DNA of 64,000 nucleotides, from NCBI RefSeq assembly GCF_963678635.1, contig NC_087064.1, positions 32,809,028-32,873,027 on the forward strand. Direction: 5' to 3'. The first letter of the stretch is position 1. Each line of letters starts with the position of its first letter. Shown one piece after another: positions 47,341-59,803 of this stretch. Under the pieces are notes generated by a model, which was not told the origin of the DNA, did no database searches, and saw only the letters and a list, made by a program, of their open reading frames with translations. The stretch comes from Symsagittifera roscoffensis. Taxonomy: Eukaryota. A program made the position numbers and the translations under genes.

Positions 47341-47366
47341 CCCCACGCACGGCATGATAAAAGTTG

Positions 47367-48050
47367 GAGCCAGTTGGAGCAAAAAAATTCTTACCGAAAT
47401 CCGAAAATGTTCTTGACTTTTAGGTTGTTTCAAAACAATTGTAATGTGTAGAGAAGAACCGTGCATTTCTTTAACAACCTAATGTGCAATTTTCTATGGA
47501 TGAATATTTTTCCATCTAGTAAATCTCAAAACAGTCCATCCAAAAACAAAGATATCTTTCGTTTACTTATCGAAATAAAAGATATTCTTTGAAAAGCATT
47601 CGCGCATGTTACCAAAAGAAAACGAAAAATATCATTGCTTTATGTTTGGAAAAGTAAGCTAAACTATAATTGCATATCTAGAACTTTACTAGATAGAAAA
47701 CAACCCTGGATAGAAAGTTTCATTCCATACAAACGATTTGTCTAATGCTTTCAATTAGGAACAAATATTTGAAAGTAATCAAAACTCGAATTTTCTTTTA
47801 AAGAAATTACTTTTACAAATATATAAGGCTCGCAAGAGCAAAGCAAAATCAAAGAGGCAATCTTGTTGCAAGGGCTGCTGACATTAAACAAAATACACAA
47901 TTTGATCTCGTAATGATAAAAATTTCAATCATTGAGAGCTTTGACTTCGGAAATGGTTTGAAAACTTGCCAAATAAACAATCAAAACGGTTAAAAACAAA
48001 TTAGAAAAAGATGTGCAGTTTTTGTAATTAACTGCATACTTGATTTTATA
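47367..48050 (+). pseudogene. Segmental duplicate of the last 35 codons plus about 600 bp downstream of the secreted-protein gene at 49946-50695.
   Basis: ggagccagttggagc...gttcttgacttttag...caaaacaattgtaatgtgta... aligns to 50578-51290 at about 85-90% identity through ctgcatacttgatttt. The coding part carries a frameshift. Confidence 0.75.
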
Positions 48051-48069
48051 ATTTATTAAAAAATGATCA

Positions 48070-48368
48070 ATTAGCTACAAAACGACTTTGCGACCGTTTG
48101 TTCCCATTTTTCTTTATCGAAATAAGATTAAAAACTATTGGACTTCAATATAATAACTCATTTAACCTCCTTAGAGTTTTCATTGATGTACTCAAATTGG
48201 ACGGATAAAAACTAGATCATCAATTTTTCATGTCCTTAACTGGTGCAACCAGGCCTGGACAAAAGCCGGCAAAAGTTTCTGTTATTTCATCTGATCTTTT
48301 TATTTATTTCCCCCCTATTGCAATAGGGGGATAGTTAACAAGGTACACAATTCGTATATGCTTAACGA
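48070..48368 (+). repeat. About 300-bp dispersed repeat, copy 2 of 2.
   Basis: See 46036-46330. It abuts the end of the gene-fragment duplicate. Confidence 0.7.
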
Positions 48369-49945
48369 ATTGCACTACCGGACGCCTTTACTTTTATCTG
48401 GACGCCATGATAAAAGTAAAGTGATAAATATTCGCATATGGCTAAGTATTAAAAACAGCGAATGGCATACCTCAATTCAATTTGGGACGATTTCTAAGAC
48501 AGAATAAACCTCATATATTTTTAATTTGAGTTCAGGGCAACAACTTTTGAATGATATTTAGAAAATCTCATGAAACATTGCAATTTAAAAATGTCGAAAC
48601 TTGTCAGGAGAAAAGAAACTACCCCGAGAAAAAATGTTCCGTCACTTCCTTCGAAAGTCAGAACAATGAACTTAACTGCAGAATCTAGGACAAAATCTGG
48701 AAACCAGCAATATTCAAAAGAATTTGCTAACTGTCAAGTCCAAAAGACGCACGAGTAAGCAATTGTTTGTAAGCTGCATATTTTCACTGGCGTCCAGATA
48801 TTTCTCGCCAGCCAAAATCTACCTAGTGCTTAATCATTCGTCTGTGGAGTACAGTATTGGATATTTTATGGAATCCCATCCAAATTTAATGGAATCTATC
48901 GATATTTGTATGGAGTCTTAACTACTACCAATGATCCGACCTGATGTCATAACGATAGCTCGCGCCAATTTGTCAATCAGAAATAACGCCCAATCCATAG
49001 AACTAAACATCAATGAAAAATTAACGCAGAATCCTAATTTAGTGTATTTTTAAGATTAGAAAAATTCAGTCTGTGAAGATACAGATGCAATTTAGTGCTT
49101 CTACTGAGCAAAATGACCCACGTCTACTTTCATGCGCCGTTCATACAAAAATTCTGCATACTGGTAAGTTTGCACGAGCGGAGGCAAAAACTCTTTTTTC
49201 TGTATCTTTCAAAGCAAATATACCAGCAATAATATTTTCCAAACGATAAGTTTTGGTGTTGACTTGAATATTCATTAAGAAACACGGCAGTATCATTAAA
49301 ACTGACTATCTACAAGGGAACTGGCTAACATCTACGAGTTGTTCAGCTCTTCACGGAGAACCGCTGTTGTGCCACTGTTTGAGATCTACATGCAATTTTT
49401 TGGTTATTTTTCTGTGCTGGGTAATGTTGCCCCACCCTCAAGCAACGAGCACGGACCATGATGAACATTCGAGCTTTCATCTGATCTTTCCATCCAACCT
49501 TTCCGGAACCATAAGACCTTTCCGGAACATCCGACATTTCCAATGAGAGGCGGAAGGAGACGCAACCACTTCACCACCGCTCCCCAATCGAAACATTATT
49601 GATTGCTTTCGAACTAGCAAGTCGTTTTGAAAAGTTTTAAAGTACCTCAAATGTGCACTAAGGATAATACATGTGAAATGAACGTGAACTCGCTCTTGGT
49701 TAATTTTTTGAATATCAAAATACGGCTGTCCCCTCAAATACGTCATGAACGTGAAGATGAGATGAAAACCTTCATCTTGTTGTTTTTCTTTATCTTTTGG
49801 TAGAATTTTCCAGAAAACTGAACATCAATTCTTGAACTATCTGATCTCTGTTTCTGCTGAACTTTTACCAAGAAGACAGTAAATTGATTTTTGTTTAATT
49901 ATTAAGTTCAAGTTCAACAAATATTTGGCGAACTTATTTAACTAA

Positions 49946-50695
49946 GTGAAGCAATACTTATTAAAACATGTTGTAGTACAAATGATTATGTCAAAAATCA
50001 TTCTCGAATTTTTGTTTTTTGTTGTTCTATCTCAAGGTTTCGATACGAACGACCTTGTAATTAATTCAACGGTCGATGTTCAATGGACATCTCTGACTTT
50101 TACAATACCCGTGCACGAAGCAAAATCTTGCAGTAATTTTAGTTACTATTACTGTCTCGACGCTGTTGAAGCCATTAACTCGAACAGAGTTCCAGTTATG
50201 ACTCCATTTGCTGGTTTATTGCATACAACTGCTCTGGCTTATCATAACTATTGGTTGTGGCACTCTGCCGATGCTGAAGTTATGAACGTCTATTCAGCAC
50301 TAGTTGCTGAGAAACATAACCATTTCATCGATCAAACTTTTTATTATTTCATACACGGATACCATCATATGTTTATTACACCAAAAGAGTATCTCCACCT
50401 CCTCACAGATTACAGCGAGAATGGAAAAGAGTTGAACCTTATTCACGCGTATTACTATCCGGATTGCCACGTGAATATAATTAGCAAATTGGGTTTTGGA
50501 TCTGGTACACTAAGAAGGAAAAATCACTTGAGCGAAGAAAGGAAACAGCACCGAGGAATTCCATATCAGTTAAAAATCGGAGCCAGTTGGAGCGAAAAAA
50601 TTCCGTACCAGAATCCGGAAACGTTCTTGACTTTTAAGTGGTTCAAAACAATTGTAATGTGTAAAGAACAACCCTGGATTTGTTTGACAACTTAA
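49946..50695 (+). CDS. Small secreted protein of unknown function (249 aa, single exon). Intact member of a local gene family.
   Basis: Continuous ORF with a hydrophobic signal-like N-terminus (MIMSKIILEFLFFVVLSQG), conserved Cys residues and N-x-T sites. Paralogous fragments in this window conserve both its N- and C-terminal blocks. Confidence 0.7.
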   Translation: MKQYLLKHVVVQMIMSKIILEFLFFVVLSQGFDTNDLVINSTVDVQWTSLTFTIPVHEAKSCSNFSYYYCLDAVEAINSNRVPVMTPFAGLLHTTALAYHNYWLWHSADAEVMNVYSALVAEKHNHFIDQTFYYFIHGYHHMFITPKEYLHLLTDYSENGKELNLIHAYYYPDCHVNIISKLGFGSGTLRRKNHLSEERKQHRGIPYQLKIGASWSEKIPYQNPETFLTFKWFKTIVMCKEQPWICLTT

Positions 50696-53600
50696 TGTGC
50701 AATTTTTCTATCGAGGAGTATTTTTTCCTTGAGTAAATATCAAAACAGTCCATCCAGAAGCAATGATATATTTCGTTTACTTATCGAAATAAAAGAGGTT
50801 CTTTGCAAAAGCACCCGCGTATGTAACCAAAAATAAACGAAATATATCATAGCTTTATGTTTCGAAAAGTACGCTAAATATATCATTGCATATCTTGATC
50901 TTTACTAAATGGAAAACACCTCTCGATAGAAAAATTACTTGCACCCTTCATTAAAAAAGTATCCTTCTATAGAAACGATTTTTTTAACGCTTTCATTTAG
51001 TAACAAATGTTTTCAAAAAATAAAAATTCTAACTTTCATTCTCAAGAAATTACTTTTACAAACACATAAGACTCACAAGAACAAAAAAAATCAAGAAGGG
51101 CAATCTTGTTGCAAGAACTGCTGACATTACACAAAATACACAATTTGATCTCGTAATGTTAAAAATGTCATTCATTGAGAGCTTTGACTTCGGAAATGTT
51201 TTGAAAACTTGCCAAATAAACAATCAAAACGGTAAAAAATTTAAAACATGTGAAGCTTTTCGTAATTAGCTGCATACTTGATTTTTTTAAAACTTATGTT
51301 TTTTAAAAAAAAATTCAATTTCAATTATCTTTTACTAATTCAAACCGTTAGTAATTTCTTTGCAACAAAAATTAGGAAAACGAGATTCAGCATATCCCAC
51401 ATTGGTAGCTTTTGAGTGTTTTTGTGAGAGAATATATATTTTAAAAAGGTGCCTCTCATTTTATAGTTCCTGAGCAATTACGACATATCCTTCGGACCAG
51501 ATTATTCATTTATTAACATGAAAAAAACTCATGGCAACTTTTGGATTTTTTGTTAGATTTCTGTCGATTTCCATCCTAAATGAGAAGATTGAATATAGAG
51601 TCGAAGCTGAGCTTCGCACTAAATGAATTACAAGAAGCATAGGATTAAAACAGCAAGACACACAAAAACTATCAAAGAGGACTTCGGAAGTTGTAACCGT
51701 AGAAGAAACAACTAGAAAAATAAAATAATAATAACTTTTTTTTCATGTTCAAATGTATTTAAATTTTTTTCAGAGTTCCAAGTGGGGTTGAAATTGAGCA
51801 TTAGAAAACCAAAAACTGAGGCCATAGTCTTAATGACCTCATAAATCAAATTAGAAAATTGTAGGAAACAAAAAATTAGGTGAATAAGCTGACAGAATGA
51901 GAGCTGACAGCCAATCAGCTGAAAATCAACCAAAATTGTTAGACAAAATCGTATTGGAACATACAATTATACTGCCCAAAAAGTATCCACGAAAACCATA
52001 TAGCTGCTGAAATCAAGGTGGTATGTACAATTCGGAAACTAAACTGGAAGCCAAATCTGAAGCCGAAAAATCATTAGCCACAAATTCTAATCGCTGTTTT
52101 ATAGCTATATATACAACCAATCTATCAAGATGAATGCAAGACAATAGAATTTAAAATTAGCATCGGAACCAAACTTACCAAGCGGTAACAAAGCAAAAAA
52201 AAACCTCAACAGAAGCCCTTCAAAAAATTTAATAATAAAAATTTTGAGTCCCCTTCCTCTCAGAACACACACGCACACCAAAACTTTTCTCGGTCATCAA
52301 ACAATGCAATAAGTAGCCACTTAGTAACTATAAAACAGAGGTAAAGCGGAGCTTCGCAATACCTGCGATACAACACAATAATAAAAAAACTAGGTAAACC
52401 AAAATGAAGGACACCTAAACTTGATAGGTGTACAATTTAAGAAAATTCTTGCCGAAAGCAAGTTGTAGCCGCTTGAGCAGAAGAAATCCAAATACTGGGT
52501 TTTCGATTGAGCACAACTTGTGAATCGGCACGGTAGTTTTCGAGTAAAGTCGAACTATTTCCAAAAAACTATCGAAGCTTCAAAACTTTTATTAGTTATA
52601 AGGCCAAAACTTCTTAAGCACATTGAACATAGCTCACTAAAACGGTACGTGAGCAACAACCTGTTAAATCGATAGCCTATAATATTAGATTTGGCAGGAT
52701 ATTTGGCAAAAAAAGACCAAAAAACGGTCAATAAATCAAAAATGTGACATTTACGAGAACCATAGCTTTTTGTGTCAAAGAATTTGGGTGTAGCAGCTAT
52801 TGCAGAACAATTTCGCTCAAATTTTCATTCAGATTGAAACCAAAAACTCAGGTTTGGCATGGTTATTCTCAAGCAAAGTACAAAAAAAATGGTAGAAAAA
52901 AAAACGAAACCTTGACTTTTCTGAGGGCCAGTGTTTTGTGTCAGAAAAATTTGGGCGTAATCTCGAAAGCAAAGGAGTTTTTCACAAAGTTTTTGTGTAA
53001 AAAAAACGTGTAAGGGCCGCTAATTCAGGGTAGTTTTCCACTACCCATTATCTTCTTTAAACCAAAAATTCCGGGTTTTGGTTGGGAAAACAAAAAAAAA
53101 ACATCGGTCAAATCCCCCCAGACAGACTTTGCGAAGGCTGTAAGCGAAGAAGTCAAAAAGAGACCACAGGATTATGCAAACACACAAGGGTGTAGGCGGA
53201 CTTTCTATGGGCATCCATTTTTGAAAACCGGTAAAAAGCGTTTACGAAAGAAACTAAAAAATTTCCCAAGCTTTAAAAAACGCAATCCCATACATTTTCA
53301 TATAACTGTTTTTTATCAAACAAGAATTCTAGACAAACAAGCCAAGCAAGACATTTGAAATTCAAATTAGCAATTGAACAAAACTTACGATGCGGAAACA
53401 AGGCCGATAATCTTTGAGCAGATCAAGTCCCCCGGAATTTACCCTGACTTATATAGTACCCGCCCAGTAGTTAAATTTGAATTTTCATGAGATAAAGATT
53501 TCAGCTGAATAGTAAAATGTGATTCAACTGATTTCGCTCAACTAGTGTTTAACCCACAAAAGTCTACATTTTGATTAAATTAAGCTTGCTAATTGCAAAC

Positions 53601-55199
53601 GTAAAAAGTCGATACCGAATTAGTTTAAAAAAAAAACACAAAAAAAAGTTTAAAAAAAACGAAATTTGAACAACTCGAGTCGGTAAAATACAACTAAGGT
53701 AAAAAACAAATTTCGATTCGGCCGAAGTGTTTAAATGCTAAGACACTTTAAAATATTTAAGCGAAATTTGTTTGCACAAAAAACAAATGATTCTTAGATC
53801 CTGCAACTGAGCGGACAACATAGAAGCAGACAAATTATATAACAAAAAATTTTTTTGAGCCGGAATTTTAACTGTTTGAAAAAAATCAGGTCCGGGTAAG
53901 ATTCGAACCTATGCCCTTTGCCTTTGCAGGTGTAATCGTTACCTCATAGATAAGGGTGCAGGAGACAATACGAAAACCAAAGTATCACCAGGAATCGATG
54001 AGTCCTGAGAACAAAATTATTTACAGAAAAGGAAAAGTCTAGTAACCGAATGCAATACCCTTGATTATCCAAAAAGTAAAAAAAATGTCCTGCCAAAAAA
54101 AACAATAAAAATGGCTAAAATAATATAGTAATATCAAATTGAGAAAATCAATATTCACATTCAAATTTATATCCATTTGCTGTTTTGATCCCTGAATTTT
54201 GCAATTTGTCTTTTTTCAGACGCAAACAAAAGCGCCACAACAAAGAATGATAATTGTACGAAAACATTGTATTTCTTCTTTCTCGTGTTTAGTCGAGTTA
54301 TTTTTGATTTTTTTTACAAAAAAAACAGAGGCGAAGCAGAGTTTTGCGCCACATTATATACTAAATAAAACAAATGAAAACTACATTAAAAAGACAATAA
54401 ATAAATGAGAATTTAAAAACAAAATTTCCTCCATTTGGTGTTAAAAACCAAATCAAAAATTCCACGCAGCAGTAAGACTGAAGTAGAAGTAAAAACAACT
54501 TAAAACAAATGATCAAAAAATTCAACGCATACTTCAAAAATTTTATTACAGAGGCATAAAGAAGTTTCGCGCCAATTGTGATTCAACAAAAATAGCATGG
54601 TTAGCTAGCTGGATTTAAGTGAGGCGACAAAAACCACAACGAAAAAGTTGTTTGAAAAAGGTACAATACTATCTGAAATTTTATCAACTCCTAAATAGAG
54701 CTCAGTTTAAAAAAAAAACTACTAGGAACGCATTGCTAGCATTCAATTAGCTTTCAAAAAAAAGCTAAAATTTATTTGCTAAAAATTCAGGGCGGACGCT
54801 TGTCGAGGCAGAAACAAAATTGTCATCAACAAAAGTACCTACAAGATTTCTAAACTAGATTTTAGAGAATAAACACACACAAAATTTATTAGCGCGATGT
54901 GGAGCACATTAACAGATATCATATAAGCTCTAGAACATTCAAGCGGCCAATTTCATTTGAAGAACAAAAATACAATTTTTATGAAACAGCAGGTTACAAT
55001 TTCCAATGATAGAAGTAAAAATGATGATCGATTCGCTGATGTTAAACACAAAACATTGGATATGACGTCTGAGCCAAACTCTGTTGTCATGATTTACAAA
55101 TTTCGAAAAAAGCTCTAGCAAGGGCATCAGAGCTTAAAACAAACAACAGAGTCAATGGACGCAAGGATACAAAAAAAAATACTCACTTGCTTCTTGCTT

Positions 55200-55635
55200 T
55201 TTCGAAAAATTTCAACTTTCGATTTTCAAAAAAAATGCATATGGGATTTTCGAAAATTTTGACGACCTTTTTTTTAGGTCCACCAAATTGATTTTCCGAG
55301 CTCTCCTAAAGCACTATAAAAACCGTAGATAGACCAAACTTTTTGCACCGCAGGCAAATTTTTGAAAAAACAGGTCAAAAAAGCCGTTTTTGTGCACTTT
55401 TGGAAAATTTTGACAAAAAAATCGCGTTTTTTTTGGCGCGCGCTCCCCCTGAAAGTTAGTATATATTGGCGCCGAAGGCGCCTTTAGAACAACTTAAGGG
55501 TCGGTCGGCCAAAGTTGGCTTTCTTAAAAAGTACCAAAGGGTTTCTTAAAAAGTACCAATTTGGTGGACCTAAAAAAAAGGTCGTCAAAATTTTCGAAAA
55601 TCCCCCCCCCCGAGAATATCCTAGATCCGCCCCTG
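55200..55635 (-). mobile_element. hAT-like MITE copy D. The 5' end is degenerate. It has a 48-bp internal inverted repeat.
   Basis: Ends CGAGAATATCCTAGATCCGCCCCTG at 55635. 55244-55291 is the reverse complement of 55556-55603. It shares the ggcgccgaaggcgcc and gagctctcc internal blocks with copies A to C. Confidence 0.65.
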
Positions 55636-56481
55636 TGTTCTTCCAAATGGTGCATTGGTTCTTAATCATCCAGCAATCTCGAGGCAAATTATCCCTGTTT
55701 CCATTCTTTAAAACAATATCCACAAAACTGAATTGATTAGTATTCAAACAATAGAAATCATCACGGTTATTGATTTGCGACAGCAGCATTTTTCATACCG
55801 ATCATAACAAATAAATTTATTCACATGTGACAAACAAATCCAAGAAAGCGTTGAAAAAGCATTACTGAACTAAAGAGTAACAAGGACGAAATTCATGCTA
55901 TAGTTCCGGAAACTCGTTTAGAAAAACTTAGACAACGTTTATTCTTAATAACCAAGACCATTAAGCATATTTCTGTTTCTAATCCGCTGGGAATTCTAAA
56001 AATAAAATTTACTTTAAAACTGTTCAGGGCGAATTTTTGAGCAATATTGATTTTAGTTTTTGGAGAGCTCAAATTTAGCTTCACTTAGAACATGAAGTTG
56101 AAAAACCGGCTAGAATAGTCAACTACCCAGCCAAAATAAATGCGACCCTTGTTTCAGCAACACTGAAGAAATTGGGAAAAATCAATTAAAGAGGAAAATG
56201 ACCAACAAACACGAAACTAAACAAATTGAAATCTAAGTTTTCATTATTACGGTTTAATATACATTTATTTTGCCTTCCAAAATTTCAAATGAATTTTTCA
56301 CCAGCAATGAATACTAGACAAATCTTAAATACTTTTTAATATAGTCAGCAATGTTCCGAACAGTTTGTATTTTTTATTGGTATTTCACGCGTTAGTAATA
56401 CGAACACTGGTTTAACATCAATCGTGCCACGACTCGGATCGTATGTAGTTCCCATCTTTCAAATCGAGTCGGTTTTCGTAT

Positions 56482-56647
56482 CTACATAGTGAAGTAGTCG
56501 CCTCTGATTCTCCTTGCCAGTTGCATATCGCGTGGCATGATAGTGACTCGTTTAGCATGTATGGAACAGAGATTGGTGTCTTCGAACAGACCGACTAGAT
56601 ATGCCTCTGCTGCCTCTTGAAGCGCTCCGATTGCTCCTGTCTGGAAT
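56482..56647 (-). CDS. Histone H3 variant, exon 2 (histone fold alpha2-alpha3, including the stop).
   Basis: Translates to [55 protein letters not shown] followed by a stop. Preceded by the acceptor tttag. Compare H3 [53 protein letters not shown]. Confidence 0.8.
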
Positions 56648-58799
56648 CTAAATATGGTTTCTTATTTATCACCAAGATATAAATATCCTCAATTAATATT
56701 GACTCTTTTCTATTATCGAAACCTTCCCAAAATAAAACATAGCCAATAGACAGTTAGAACAAAGTCAATGAATGCAAGGAAATAGAAAAAAAATTGGCCT
56801 GTGCATAACTTCGGCTTTCGAACTTACATGGCCGTAAAGCTTTTTCAATTTCAAAAAAATTAAGCACGGGAAATCGTGAAGCCCCCATTTCAATTTCAAT
56901 AGATTTCAAACTAAGAAACCGATGACGACTTTTGTGATTTTTACACTTTTGACACTAGATAATGGATTTTGCCTTCCTTTCAACAAAATAAATGAGCTCA
57001 ACTTAAATTGATGAAATCGTGCAGTTTCTAAATGAAATGTTTTTTTTTGCAGACGATACAAAGTTATCGTGTGATTCCTGAAATTCCCATGACTTTCAAT
57101 TAGATTCGACAAATATTTCCACCTGGTTTTTCTTAAATAAGTTTACTCTACACTCAGATAAAACTAACCAAATAAGTTTAGAAAAAAATTAAGGCTTCCA
57201 ATTTTTGCGTCAAAATTTATTATTATAAAGCTGAACCCTCTTGTATGTACCATGATGTCATTGAGGCGACAATACGATATAACTTCAAAAATGAGATACT
57301 ATGTACCATCTTCAACCTTGCTCAAAGACTATCAGTCGTATATAAAGCCAAGTATACAATAACATTACGCGGCCAAACTGTGCACTGGATAGGCGCACAA
57401 TTTTGTGTCTGTATTTCCTGGATTCCGGAGACAAGTCTTTAAACATGTTAAAATTTTGTCGGAACAATCAAAGGAAAGTAAAGAACGAAAGAAGAACAAA
57501 GGGAGCGTCCTTGTTGCGGAATCCGCTTACAATGCACAAAATGCACAGTTTGGCCTCGTAATGAAGATTAGCTCTGCTCTTCTATGGTGGCACAAATTTT
57601 TTGAACCAAATTTTAAAATTTTAAAGTTGCAGTGAAAAATTATTCGCAAGATTCATTTCAAAAGGAAATAAGATACAAAAAAAATAAACTTTTTTAAACA
57701 ACAAAATAGCAACAGTGCATGAAGTATACGTGTACGATTTGTTAAAAATCAGTTTTCGATTGTTGAATTTAGGACTTTGCACAAATTTCTCAAATTTTTT
57801 TCTCTATACAAAGTTTTGCTTCAAAAACAAAAAATTCAATATGTAAAACATTCATTCAACCATTCTGTACAAAAAATCGTTCATGATTAACAGAGCGAAA
57901 ATACTTTTAAAAAAATATTACCGGAGAAAATCAGAAAAAAGCAGTAAATTAAGAAATTGTTTTCGTCGGTAAATTCAAAAGCAATTTTTTACTCGGAAAT
58001 AATGAAATGATGCATCACATATTTCATTAGATAATCACTTTTTAAGGAGATAGTCATTTTAGGGTTGCGAATCTAGCCTGAAACAAATAAACCTCCAAAT
58101 CATTGTAGTTTTCAAGATATCGCGTTTACTTCCAAAAATTACGCAGAGGCGAAGTTGCACTTCGCATACACAAGCAAAAATATGACCGACAACGCTACTG
58201 GGAAACACTGAATGAGTAAAACTTTGAGTCTACAAAATTTCTTAAGTGACGCACGAGAACTATGAGTCTATATAATTGCTAAGTGACGCAAGCCAATTAT
58301 GACACATTAGCACTACCAGTCAATTTGAAAAGAAATTTACCAACTAACATGCCTCAATTTATAGAGCGGACGCATTTTAACTAGTATACGAAAAAGTTCA
58401 TTAAAAACATGCGACCCTGCTGAGGTTCGAACACTCTTTTTTGCTGCTGGTCTCATTCCCTACCTCTACGCTACCGAACTATAACACCTTGAAGCTAAAG
58501 TGCTATTCGTAATACAATGGTGTGAGTTAATATCCTTAGCATTTGCTGTACTTAATCGCTGGTTATTGATCTTATGCATATAATGCAATAAAAGAGCACT
58601 TTCAAAAAGAGCACTAATATTTGCGAGACTTAAGTTGGAAACAAAAGTGAGTTCGTAATATCACACAAGCTTTGCTTGTGTAATCAACAACACTGAAGAA
58701 TTTTTATGCAAAAATAAATATCATTTTAGCGCATATTTTCTTGCTAGATGACTATCAATGTACGTGTGCTCATCTAACCGCAAATTTTAACCCCTATTT

Positions 58800-59125
58800 T
58801 TCAGTTTTAGAATAATCGATCGGAACAATTTTTGAATGAAACTGGATCAATAAGTGAACTTTTTATTCAGCTGGAAATCTGAAGAACAAAGCCAATTTTC
58901 AAAACTAGAAGTCAATCACGTTTTTCGTGACCTAAAACTTTTGCTAATATATAGGTGAGCTTGCCTTCCTTCTTACAAAGGAAAGAAAATGATCTTCACA
59001 AATCAAGTCAAACCGCGAAAAATCCAATTTTAACGTGAACAAACTATTCCGGAAAAAAAAACTTAAAATTCTCAAGACCTACATACGAGTATTCTAGGTT
59101 CATGACTCAAATAAATTTTTAATAT
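58800..59125 (+). repeat. About 300-bp repeat family (Y), the copy inside the H3-variant intron. A partial copy lies at 59330-59460.
   Basis: Shared blocks gaaaactggatcaat..tttattc.gctgg.aatctga...gatcacg.ttt.cgtgacct..acat..ttgcc..aacaaagg.aa...gtcaaaccgcgaaaaatc... with copies at 60722-61330 and 62350-62665. Confidence 0.65.
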
Positions 59126-59588
59126 TAATTAACTATTAATAACTAAAATTAATATTGCTTGACTAGCGGTTAGACCTAAGTAGGCACGCAATGCGCCTTT
59201 CGTCAATCCATTCCAATTTCATGTTCTGAGTTGACTATTTTGATATAAATTGTTTGTAACTAGTTGAAAACACATTGATGATTATTGCTAGATTCGACAT
59301 GATTTTTCGTCTTCTAAGTAAAAAGAAATAAAAAATGAAGTAGCGCAAAAAATCAAATTTGAGCGTGAACTTTTCCTAAAAAATAAAAACTCGTCAGGAC
59401 CTACGTAAGAAGCTTCACTACGTTCATCGACTTCGCTATAATTTTGTCATTGAGATCGGATGTTAAGAAGTCACATACGTGGAGAAATGTTAAACCTTCG
59501 ACGTACAAAAAGCCACAAGCTATTTTGAACCTAATGACGATATAGCTAGACGGTGGAATTATAAGCAAATCGATCTTAAAAATATTAC

Positions 59589-59803
59589 CTCAAATCTGCG
59601 CTTCCGTACACATCCATTGCAATTTCTCTGACCAATCTCTGGAAAGGTAGCTTCCTAATGAGCAACTCCGTGCTCTTCTGGTAGCGCTTGATCTCAGACA
59701 GGGCCACAACTCCCTTCCTCCTCGGCCTCCTCTTCCTCTTGTTCGCCCTCACTTGAGAAGCAGAGTATCTTGGCTGCTTTGTTGGTAGAGACTTCTTCGC
59801 CAT
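59589..59803 (-). CDS. Histone H3 variant, exon 1 (divergent N-tail plus alphaN/alpha1/loop1). It ends at a GTAATA donor in phase 2.
   Basis: [71 protein letters not shown] then AG|gtaata. Splicing to 56647 gives ...[19 protein letters not shown]..., an in-frame continuation of the H3 fold (126 aa). Confidence 0.8.
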
